A stretch of 47,796 nt of DNA, filler included, from Jimgerdemannia flammicorona (Eukaryota): NCBI GenBank assembly GCA_003990765.1. It is 2 parts of 2 records of this genome, joined end to end, with 100 filler letters (N's around TTAATTAATTAA, not from the genome) between each part and the next. Parts side by side here need not be neighbours in the genome. Positions count along the whole stretch, not along the records: positions 1 to 23,852 come from RBNJ01001052.1; 1 more part is not named here. One strand, given 5' to 3'. Below, one piece after another: positions 1-10,148 of the stretch. Both the position numbers and the translations under genes were made by a program. How positions within the stretch are numbered: position 1 is the stretch's first letter; each line of letters opens with the position of its first letter. The notes beneath the pieces were generated by a model. It did not search any database, was not told where the DNA came from, and saw only the letters and a program-made list of their open reading frames with translations.

Positions 1-32
<32 letters not shown>

Positions 33-33
<1 letters not shown>

Positions 34-227
34 ACTCTATTTAGTTTTGGTAGCTCTAGTATACCAAATTTCCATATCTTAGCCAGATGGTAATAGATAT
101 TCTTACTATTCCAGCTACTAGTACTGATGTGGAAAGAGCTTTTAGTAAGGCTGGTGACTTGCTAGAGCCCTACTGCTCATTGCTCAAGTCAGAAATACTC
201 AGTGCACTATAGTATTTAAGAAGCTGA
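33..227 (+). pseudogene. hAT transposase C-terminal dimerisation domain remnant
   Basis: Translates as DSI*FW*L*YTKFPYLSQMVIDILTIPATSTDVERAFSKAGDLL...L*YLRS*, matching the hAT W..FP.L...A...L.IPATS...ER.FS..G pattern; several stops. Confidence 0.85.
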
Positions 228-904
228 AGTCAAGCTAGAATAGTGGACTGGTAATAATAACAATAGTAGTAGCAGTAGTAGTAGCAGAAGTAAGAGGACC
301 ATGTAGTATATATAGTTATGAATGCAATTCAAACTACAGCAAAGTGGTCAATATCACTTATTATATATAATATATATATTATTTATATAATCATTTCTCT
401 TAGTTAGATTGAATTCTTAAAGAATATTTATGCAATCATTTTGTATACAGATTTCATGCAATAGTTTACCATCATTTCTCTTACTATCCACTCTAGTACA
501 TAGTTATAGTTATTTGTATTTTATATTTCATATCTTCAGTTTTGTAGAACTCTCCCTCTCTTTCCCTCTGGTTATCATTTCCCTTTATATATATATGTAT
601 ACAAAAGATGGGCCTGAGAAGCACATGCTTCTATATTGCCAAACTCATGCCTTGTCTTGATTTCTGGTCTCTTTCTTTTCTATATTGATCTACTCTTCTC
701 TTTATGATATAGTTTAGCTTATAGTTGTTTTTTCTCATTGCTCTTACCACCTTTGGCAATACAACACTTTGGTAATTAGAAAGTGAAAAAGATATACATT
801 TCTATCATCTACTCTGATTCAATCTTATCTGTAATTTAACCTGAAGTGATATATGTCTATTGTTTACCTGATATTATCTATAATTTAAGCTGCAGCAGTA
901 TAAG

Positions 905-1052
905 TTCATCATTCTCCTCATCCTATCAATTCAATCAAGTTAAGTCCAATTCTAAGAGTTCAATCCTCAATCAATCAATCCTCAACTTGGAAAATCTCAA
1001 TCAATTCAATCTCTGACTATCTGATTGAATTGACCTAATTGATAGCAAGTTT
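905..1052. repeat. TCAATC/TCAAT-rich low-complexity tract, possibly the subterminal region of the hAT relic
   Basis: Many TCAATC/AATC units then GATTGAATTGA on the other strand; lies about 0.7 kb after the hAT domain. The link to the hAT is inference. Confidence 0.35.
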
Positions 1053-1153
1053 GGCTATTCTATCAGTTTTATGTTATTTATCAGTAACATGTAAAATATA
1101 TATATAATATATGTATTTTGAAAAATTTCTTCTTCTGTTCATCATAACATTTT

Positions 1154-1237
1154 CAATAAAAATACTAACAGAAATTACAATGGGAATTCTAATAGAAATA
1201 TCAATAGAAATTACAATAGAAACTCTAATAAAAATTC
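1154..1237. repeat. Degenerate 12-bp tandem repeat, about 7 units (YAATAGAAATTM-like)
   Basis: caataaaaatac taacagaaatta caatgggaattc taatagaaatat caatagaaatta caatagaaactc taataaaaattc; probably part of the old LTR relic that element A inserted into. Confidence 0.6.
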
Positions 1238-1286
1238 TAATATAGTAGTTTTAAATACTATATAGAATATATGTTACTGTATATAG

Positions 1287-2863
1287 TGTAATAGTGACCC
1301 CAGAATGATGAAATCAGTACAGGAGACAGTCTTTCCTTGCAAGCAACCAGATCAGAGTACAAGAAGATTATATAGCATATGAGATGAGCAATGATGACTA
1401 ACTGTGAGTCATTGTAACCACAGTACAAGCATCCTGAGGAATATAAAAGAAGGATCAAGGAACTGTAGTAGCAGCAACCAACAAGACCCACTAATCCCAA
1501 AATAGCTCAAAGACTTATTACAAATAAAATACCTGCTGCTCACCAAACCTCAAGGTCAAGGAACCACTAAGATATCTTAGTTGAAGAAAGGATGTTCCAA
1601 GACATCAGAAGAGCTATGAGGACCTGCTCAAGAAGGACTCCTAGTGTCAATCTGGGTACTGGTGACCCTTATCACTATATTCTCTACTACCATGAAATGG
1701 AAACAAGGATCACTATTACTACCAAATACCTCCAAATGTGGCAGAAGTATGAAATAGGAAACCTTCTCTGCTGAGAGTTCCCACAGACCAGTACTCAAGA
1801 GCTACAAGATGCCACTCCTATAGATATATGCAATATGAGGACAGCTAAGAAGATCCATCAGATCTTCAGGCATGTACCATAGTTGATCCCCAACTTGGAG
1901 TATATTAGAGTCTCAGATTTCAGAGACCTATTATCCCACCATATCAATACACTAGAAGCCAGAGTGGCTACAGAAGTGCAGTCCACTATCACTCTCAATA
2001 GTGATGAAGTAAGAGACTTCTGGCATCCTATCCTCCAGGACAACTCAGACCAATTCCTGCAAGAATTGATCTCAGTATTCCAAGACCCAAGCATCCAGGT
2101 TAGACCCCCCAACACCCCATATTTGTCCTCTATTTTGTAGAAGAGAACCTCATAGACTGGAGTGCTCCAGAACTCCTTCATGCTGCTGAATGTGATGACA
2201 TTATTGACAATGATGTCATCTCATGTGACATAGGCAAGACATGCGATGAAGTACATGAAGTATGCAAAAATAACCTATGTGATAATAATGATGAGACAGA
2301 TGAGACATTTGCAGACTTTATCTCCTTTAAAGACATCCTGATCTCTGATGATAAAGCCTCTATAGTCTTGAACATTCTACTCTAAGTCTCTTGGTTACAC
2401 TGAATAATGCCAGTATAGACATTCTGATGTAACACTGAATAATGCCAGCACTGGTATTCAGATGTGATACCAAATTATATCAGTATCCTGAATCAGTACA
2501 ACCATCAGTACTGACCCTAGAACTTAGCAGTTTTTCCTGTTCTGGCATTTTATTTTAGTTATTGAAATTTATATTTAACTTCATATCTTAGCAACTATTG
2601 AATTATATTTTGTATAAATACTCCTTTTATTTCCTCTGAAATAAAGTCAGCCAATTCAGTTCCTCTCAGTGCAATTACACACACTTCCTTACAAGTAATT
2701 TAAGAGATAACAAGACAGTTTAAAGATAAGAAGTTTGAGGACTATAAGACCTAGGGAAGGTACTCCAATAAGAACTTGCTTGTAACAAACTTGAGTTAGT
2801 CTAAGAGATATACCTTGAAGAGAATCTGGTGTATTTGAAGGACTCAGTGACCACTATGTGACA
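1287..2863 (+). repeat. Element A 5' LTR (1577 bp)
   Basis: TGTAATAGTGACCCCAG...CCACTATGTGACA; collinear with 8603-10144; has one extra ~35-bp tandem unit near 2397-2466. Confidence 0.95.
1529..2385 (+). pseudogene. LTR-encoded accessory ORF, 5' LTR copy (disrupted)
   Basis: Same protein as 8845-9702; ATG mutated to ATA, several stops, and a 1-bp loss in the poly-C near 2105; ends ...FADFISFKDILISDDKASIVLNILL*. Confidence 0.8.
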
Positions 2864-2866
2864 ACT

Positions 2867-2880
2867 TGGTGCCCATTGGC
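2867..2880 (+). promoter_or_regulatory. Primer-binding site of element A
   Basis: TGGTGCCCATTGGC, 3 nt after the LTR end; the cognate tRNA is not assigned. Confidence 0.75.
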
Positions 2881-2989
2881 TGTTGATTCAAGATGAATCC
2901 CTCACTTTCAAGCTGAAAAACGAACAACCCCCACAACAACTACCCTGACTACAAGAGTCACTCCTGCAAGAAGTCAAGACAAGATGGAA

Positions 2990-3900
2990 ATGTGTCCCCC
3001 CACATTCTATGGATATACTACTGAAGAGTCAATCCTGACCTTCATTGAAAACTTTGAACAATTCATCACTGCATGAGCCCTCAGTGTGGATGTACAATTA
3101 GCCCTTCTACCAGTCAGCCTCAGAGGACCTGCCAGAGACAAGTTCAATGTAGCCACTATTGCTGATAATGGTGCAGCTAAACTTGCCAATATGAAGGCCT
3201 TTCTCAGAACAATATATTATACTGAAGAGATCAAGCAAGCTCTCAAGGATCAACTCAATACTATCTGCCAGGGACTTAGTGAAGATCCCAACTCATTCTA
3301 TACCTGAATCTGCCACTAGATTGTCCTGGCTGACTATAATGATGCCCTCAAGAAACAAATAGCAGATTCAACCTTCCTTAAAGGAGTTCACCCTGAAATT
3401 GCCCTAGTAATCTGGTCTACTCCAGCTGCACTGACCCTTGATCAGAAAGTGGTCTTTGCACAGAGATATTGGACTGCCAGATATCCTGCTAAACACTCAA
3501 TAGAGAAAATAACTGGCATCAAGATAGAGCTATCAAAGCCAACTAGTATCATACCTGCCACAGTTGTAAACAGACAACCAACCCCACCTACCTTCAAGGC
3601 AGCCAAGGCTGACCCAGTGGAAGAACTTGTCAAGCAGTTTACTGAGATGACTGACACCTTGATGATGTTGTTAGAGAAGTTTGAAGTGCCAACAGGAGAC
3701 CAGTGCAGTGATTTGCAGCTGTTACAGAAGAATACAATATCACATGCTTCAGATGTGGAGAAGAAGACCACTTTGCAAAGAATTGCATGACCAAAACAAG
3801 ATGCAAAGCCCAACCAAGTAATGCTAGCAGAACCAGAGAACAAACCAATGCAGTAGTCATCAAGGATATTGGTGACACTGATGATAAAGAATACTATATG
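2990..3900 (+). pseudogene. gag: Element A gag (capsid plus CCHC zinc knuckle)
   Basis: PPTFYGYTTEESILTFIENFEQF...LRGPARDKF; knuckle CFRCGEEDHFAKNC at 3745-3786; stops and frameshifts. Confidence 0.85.
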
Positions 3901-4409
3901 GAGCTTGAATTCTACCCTGCTACTGAAGGTACCAGAACCTAGTCCAAGCCCTATGACAGGAAGAGCAACAGCAAGCCAGTTGGAAGACTAAAGAAGACCC
4001 CAGCTGTCACTATTCAAAGTGAGACCCAACCCAAGGAGATTGATCAAGATATGGAGTTAGATAAAGCTATCTGTCAAATTATTAAAGGCACTACTCCAGT
4101 CTCAGGAGAAAGTGAGAGCAAGAAGGAACAGAAGCTGCACAAGACCAAGATGCACCAGATATCTACAAGGATCTCAAGTAACAGAAGCTGCCAAGACCAA
4201 GATGCACCAGATATCTACAAGGATCTCAAGGAACAGAAGGTCAATGCTACTTTTGGACAATTAGCTGAAGTCTCTGCCTTCAGACAATAATTGAGAGTAG
4301 GACTTGTAACTACTGCCAAGCATCAAGAGTACAAGATTGTAGAAGCTCACAATATATAAGAAGAATATTGAAAACTCAGATGAAGAATCCAAAGACCAGT
4401 GCAAGACAT

Positions 4410-4770
4410 CAGCCTATACCCCATGTCAGATCGAAGACTGTATCTTTGATACCATCATTGATACTGGTGCTGGAGGATGCCTCACGAGCAAGGAGGCCAT
4501 TGACCACCTAGGTTGGGATATTGAAGAGTCCATCAAGATGGTCTATGTTATAGCAGATGGTACATGAGCTATCCCCCTTGATAAAATCTGAGAAGTCCCC
4601 ATCAAGATAGGAGGAACTACCATCCCAGTAGACATGATTGTTATAAGCACTACCAACTATGACATTCTCATTGACAACCAATGGCTTCACAAGACCAAGG
4701 CCATCATTGACCTCAATGCCCAGAATATATAGATCAACTATAGAGGAAGAAAGGTATGAGTCTCTATTAA
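4410..4770 (+). pseudogene. Element A aspartic protease
   Basis: IIDTGAGG (DTG at 4460-4468) and a downstream YDILIDNQWL motif. Confidence 0.85.
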
Positions 4771-4884
4771 TGTCCACAAAAGAGTCCTACCAGACATGGA
4801 GGAAGAAGATGAAGAGGACACAGAGGTCTTCATGCACTTGGTGAACAAGAACAAGAACAAGACACCTAAGCTCACAGATAAGCA

Positions 4885-5010
4885 GTGGTATAACAAGATC
4901 ATTGATAGCTATGCCCCTCAAGGAAGATGCCCCCATAGTACTAGGATGTACTGCTCTGAACACCTGAATGACTGCTGGTCCTGCATCAGTGAAGTTAGGA
5001 AAATCTGTCA
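4885..5010 (+). other. Cys/His-rich module in element A polyprotein
   Basis: WYNKIIDSYAPQGRCPHSTRMYCSEHLNDCWSCISEVRKI; homologous to 37760-37885 (-). Confidence 0.7.
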
Positions 5011-5110
5011 ACAGAAATATAAGCAAGAAGCCACCAAAGCAAAAAGGAAAGCTAAAAAAGATGACCAGTCCCCAGAGCTTCAGCCTGACAGTGACAATGA
5101 GGAGGAATAA

Positions 5111-5536
5111 GAATCAGACATCACCCTCAAGGTCAAGAAGTTTTACCCCAAAGTCAAGATTCCAGAATATAAGACTGAAGGAGCCATAGAAATAGACCTT
5201 GTCAGCATTCAAGATGCTACCCTCAAACCACAGACCACCACTCTACTTGGCACTGGAATTGGAGTCAAGCTGCTAGAAAACCATGCTGAAATTATTAAGA
5301 CCAGGAGCAGTCTGGCCAAAAGCAAAATCTCAGTTGAAGGAGGAGTAATTGACCCTGATTACACTGATAAGATCTTCCTCATAGTCAGGAATCACAACCC
5401 CACCACCCCATTAAAAGTCAAGAAGGATGACAGGATTGGCCAGATGCTGATCCACGAAATCAAGAAGCCCAAGATCATAGAAGCCATTGAACTCATCAAG
5501 ATCAAGAGAGGAGAACAAGGCTTTGAATCTACTGGA
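5111..5536 (+). pseudogene. dut: Element A dUTPase domain (between PR and RT)
   Basis: All five trimeric dUTPase motifs are recognisable: GAIEIDL, RSSLA, GGVIDPDYTD, DRIGQM, RGEQGFESTG. Confidence 0.92.
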
Positions 5537-5719
5537 AGAGGAGTCTATGCTACTACCAAGATTACCAAACTTGGGCATAAGAAAGACAAGCACCAGAATA
5601 AGCATATATATATAATTGGAGAAAACTTTCCCCTAGAAGAACAACTTCTCAAGATCCTATATTAGAACAAAGGAGTACTTGCTACAGACTTCAGGAATAT
5701 CCACAATCAAGAACCTAAG

Positions 5720-7056
5720 TACTACTATGAAGTTGACACTGGTGATACTAAGCCCATCTGCCAGAAGGCCAGACCCATACCACCTGCTTACAGAGAATGG
5801 CTGTAAGCAGAACTCAAGAAAATGGAAGAAGCTAGAATCATCAAGCAAGCTATCAGCCCCTGGGTCTTACCCATTGTCCTTGCTCTGAAGAAAGGAAGCA
5901 AGCCTGGAGAGTTTGCATCAAGACTCTGCATTGACTACAGAAAGCTCAATACTATTACCAAGAAGAATAGGCAGCTCTTGCCAAATATTCAAGAAATCCT
6001 TACCACTCTTAGAAGTGAAGCCAAATACTACACTATCTTGGATCTGTTCTCAGGCTTCCATCAGATTGGTCTCACTTAAGATACCAGTGAGAAATCAGCT
6101 TTTATCTCACCTGATGCCACCTATATCTACCTGCGAATGTCATTTGGAATGTGCAATGCCCCAGCAAGTTTTCAGTGAATGATGAACAGAGTCTTCAGCA
6201 ATGAGATTGGAAAATGGCTCTTTGTCTATATTGATAATGTGATCATCTTCAGTAACACTACATGGGAACATGTCAATTATATACAGCTAGTCCTCAAGAA
6301 GCTCAAGGAGCATGACCTTTATATCAAGCCTAAGAAATGCAAGTTTGTGGCTCAGAAAATTACCTACCTAGGACACCTCATCAATCAGACTGGAATCCAC
6401 ACAGACCCTATGAAGATTGAGGCTGTTGCAGCTTACCCAAAATCCAGAACAACTATAGAAGTCCATGTCTTCCTTGGACTGGCCAGCTACTATAGAAGAT
6501 TCATCAAAGGATACTCCAATATTGCAGCCCCTATCTACAAGCTACTGAAGAAGGAGACCAAATTCGAATGGACCAAGGAGCACCAAGAAATCTTCAATGA
6601 ACTCAAGACCAGGCTGACCCAAGTATCTATCCTCAGAAGACAAGATTGGAACCTAGAATTCATCCTGCAAACAATGTGAGTGCTATAGGACTTGGAGCAG
6701 TCCTAGCCCAGAAGAAAGATGGACATAAATATGTTATCTCCTATGCAAGCCAAGGTACCCATAGAGCAGAACAGTACTATGAGTTATGCAAGCTCAAATG
6801 CTTAGCAGTAGTTTGGGCAGTAGATAAGTTCCACTACTACCTAGCTAGGAAACACTTCACCATTGAAACAGACCATTCTGCTCTTGCCTGGTTATTCCAC
6901 ACTCTGAACCCCAAAGAAATATATGTCAGATGGATCTACAGGCTGCAAGAGTATGACTGTACTGTCAAGCACCACTTAGAAAGAACCAACATCAATGCCA
7001 ATACACTCTCAAGGACACTCCAAAATACCCCCATCAAGACTATTCAATATGAATAA
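5720..7056 (+). pseudogene. pol: Element A reverse transcriptase and RNase H
   Basis: SPWVLPIVL, RLCIDYRKLN, LDLFSGFHQI, FVYIDN (6227-6238, mutated YxDD), FLGLASYYRRFI, IETDHSAL, NINANTLSR. Confidence 0.95.
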
Positions 7057-7059
7057 AGA

Positions 7060-8238
7060 GCTATACTATGGATTAATTAGCTATCTTGGGCAGCAGAAGA
7101 TGCCCAACCACTTTGAACCCTGGACAATCACCATCATCAACCAGACTTAGAAATAGTTTGAACTAGACAACACTATACTCAGAAAAGAAGGAAAGCTAGT
7201 AATACTCAAACACAAGAAGTAATGAAGGAAGTACACAAGCAAGGACACCTAGGAGGAACCAACATATATAACAAGGTAAGAAGAACCATATAGTGGCCTA
7301 AGATGAAAGAAGACCTGCACCAATTTGTCAAAGAGTATGACAAGTACCAAAAACAGAAATAAGATCAGCAAGACCAGGCACTCAGGTCATCAAGAATTGA
7401 GTCTATCCCCTTCCACCACATTGTAATGGATATCATTAGGCCACTACCAGTAACATTATCAGAAAACCACTATATTATAGTTATTGTAGACCTCTTCACC
7501 AAATAGATAGAGGTAGGAGTATTACAAGAAGCCAATGCCCTCTCTATAGCTGACTTCCTGTACCAAGAAATCATCTGCTGCTATAAGATGCTGAGGCAAA
7601 TCACAACAGACCACAGCACAGAATTTGTCAATAGATTCTATGAGATAATGTATCAGAAATACAAGATCCAGCACATCAAGACTACTGCATACCATCCACA
7701 AGAAAATGGACAAACAGAGAGAACCAACAAGACCCTTAAGAACATTCTGGCAAAGATTTCAGAGATATATGAGAATTGGGATAACTATCTCCCAACTGCC
7801 CTCTCTATCCTATAAGACATACAGTTACAGAATACACACTTTACCACAAGGAAACTGCTCTTTGGAGATGAAGATTCTGATGGAACCTCAGCCACAAATC
7901 TAGACCTAACTTGGAGACAGGTTAATGTAGAAATCAGGAGACTATACCAAATCAGGAAGAAGGCTAAAGATTACATTATCAAGTCATAAGTGCTGACAAG
8001 AAAGAATACAGAAAAGAATCATAAGATCCTAGAACCCATCTGAATCAGAGAAAAGATCCTACTGTATTGAAATATGTTAGAAGTCTCATGATTACCAAAA
8101 CTGAAGCCCAAATGGGAAGAACTCTTTTATGTGCAAGATATCAAGAGAACTACCTTCTGGCTTAGAAAAATCTCAGGGACTATACTGCCTACCACAGTAT
8201 ATAGAAACAGACTCAAGGAGTACCATGAACCTATATAA
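7060..8238 (+). pseudogene. Element A integrase (no chromodomain seen)
   Basis: H..GH zinc-finger remnant, MDIIRPLP, ITTDHSTEF, TTAYHPQENGQTERTNKTL, KLKPKWEE (GPY/F region). Confidence 0.9.
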
Positions 8239-8592
8239 GAGAAGCAAAACATGATGACCACCTATGAGGTTCTAGTTCATGAATCATAACAGCATGTCCC
8301 ATGACCAGTAGGCTATCTGTCTGGGCCATTCTCTAAGAGATATGGCACTAGCAACTACTCATCTATGAGACTTTTGAAGCCAGAGGAGTTCAAACCATCA
8401 ACTGATTGGTCAAGATCAGAATCAGGCCCTTGCTCTATATGATGGGAGCAACTCTTCACCATCATGCCAAAATACAAAGAGAAGATACCAGCCTATAAAC
8501 ACCACTTTTCGACCCCTTGCCAGAGGTTATGGGATCAGCAAATTTTTCAGAACTAGACTAATGAATAAGAATGCTCGAGAAGATCCTTATTC

Positions 8593-8602
8593 AGGAGGAA
8601 GA
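8593..8602 (+). promoter_or_regulatory. Polypurine tract of element A
   Basis: AGGAGGAAGA directly before the TGTAAC start of the 3' LTR. Confidence 0.8.
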
Positions 8603-10144
8603 TGTAACAGTGATCCCAGAATGATGACATCAGCACAGGAGACAGTCTTTCCTTGCAAGCCACCAGATCAGAGTACAAGAAGATCATACAGCATACAAGA
8701 TGAGCAATGATGACCAACTGTGAGTCATTGTGACCACAGTACAAGCATCTTGAGGAATATAAAAGAAGGATCAAGAAACTACAATAGTAGCAACCAACAA
8801 GACCTACCAATCCCAAAATAGCTCAAAGACTTATCACAAATGAAATGCCTGCTGCTCACCAAACCTCAAAGTCAAGAAACCACCAAGGCATCTCAGTTAA
8901 AGAAAGGATGTTCCAAGACATCAAAAGAGCCATGAGGACCAGCTCAAGAAGGACTTCTAGTGTCAACCTGGGTACTGGTGACCCTTATCACTATATCCTC
9001 TACCACCATGAAATAGAAACAAGGATCACTATTGCTACTGAATGCCTCCAAATGTGGCAAGAGTATGAAATAGGAAACCTCCTCTGCTGGGAGTTCCCAC
9101 AGGCCAGTATTCAAGAGTTACAAGATGCCACTCCCATAGATATATATGAAACAAGGATAGCTAAGAAGATCTATCAGATCTTCAGATATACACCATGGTT
9201 GATCCCCAACTTGGAGTATGTTAGAGTCTCAGATTTCAGAGACCTGTCATCCTGCTATATCAATGCACTAGAAGCCAGGGTGGCTACAGAAGTCCAGTCC
9301 ACTATCACCCTCAATAGTGATGAAATAGAAGACTTCTGGCATCCTATCCTCCAGAACAATCCAGACCAATTCCTGCAAGGATTGATCTCAGTATTCCAAG
9401 GCCCAAGCATCCAGGTTAGACCCCCCCAATATCCCACATTTGTTTCCTATTTTGTAGAAGAGAACCTCATAGACTGAAGAGCTCCAGACCTCCTTTATGC
9501 CACCAAATGTGATGATGTCATCAGCAATAATATCATCCCACACAACATATGTAAGATGTATGATGAAGTGTGCAAAGTATTAGAAAACAACCTACATGAT
9601 AACAATGACAAGACAGATGAGATGTTTGCAGACCTCATCTATTTCAAAGACATTCTGACATCTGATGATGAAGTCCCTATGGTCTTGAACATTCTGCTCT
9701 AAGTTCCTTGGTTATACTGAATAATGCCAGCACTGGTATTCTGATGTGACACTGAATTATACCAGTATTCTGAACCTATATAACTATTAGTACCGACCCT
9801 AGAACTTAGCAGTTTTTCCTATTCTGGTATTTTATTTTAGTTATTGAAATTTATATTTAGCTTTATATCTTAGCAATCATTGAATTATATTTTGTATAAA
9901 TACTCCTCTTATTTCCTCTGAAATAAAGTCAGTCAATTCAGTTCCTCATAGTACAATATACACACTTCCTTGCAAGCAATCTAAGAGATAACAAGACAGT
10001 TTAAAAATAAGAAGTTTGAGGATTATAAGACCTTGAGAAGACACTCCAATAAGAACTTGTTTATAACAAACTTGAGTTAGTCTAAGAGATATACCTTGAA
10101 GAGAATCTGGTATATTTGAAGGACTCAGCGACCACTACATGATA
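8603..10144 (+). repeat. Element A 3' LTR (1542 bp)
   Basis: TGTAACAGTGATCCCAG...CCACTACATGATA; TATAAAA at 8758-8764 before the ORF; TATAAATA at 9895-9902 and AATAAA at 9922-9927. Confidence 0.95.
8845..9702 (+). pseudogene. LTR-encoded accessory ORF (~285 aa, unknown function), 3' LTR copy
   Basis: 210-aa ORF 8845-9477 continues in frame past one TGA (TGG in the 5' LTR copy) to ...FADLIYFKDILTSDDEVPMVLNILL*; homologous to 32791-33618 (-). Confidence 0.85.
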
Positions 10145-10148
10145 ATAG

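Larger units (their letters stand above)
1287..10144 (+). mobile_element. Element A: full-length decayed Ty3/gypsy LTR retrotransposon (gag-PR-Cys/His-dUTPase-RT-RH-IN, ORF inside LTR)
   Basis: Direct repeats 1287-2863 and 8603-10144; TSD ATAG at 1283-1286 and 10145-10148; PBS, PPT and gypsy domain order (RT-RH-IN). Confidence 0.95.

Noticed and set aside
1..31. Poly-A at the start and poly-T at the end (about 47775-47796) as LINE tails or terminal inverted repeats
   Set aside because: Both are at window or contig ends and interrupt unrelated elements; nothing beyond them is visible, so they cannot be interpreted.
430..660. 76-aa hydrophobic ORF
   Set aside because: AT-rich, low-complexity sequence gives F/L/I/Y-rich chance ORFs; no motif support.
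2990..8238. Stop-codon read-through or an alternative genetic code to explain in-frame stops
   Set aside because: Stops sit where sister copies or motifs have CGA, CAA, CAG or TGG, and catalytic residues are also hit (YIDN); this is mutational decay.
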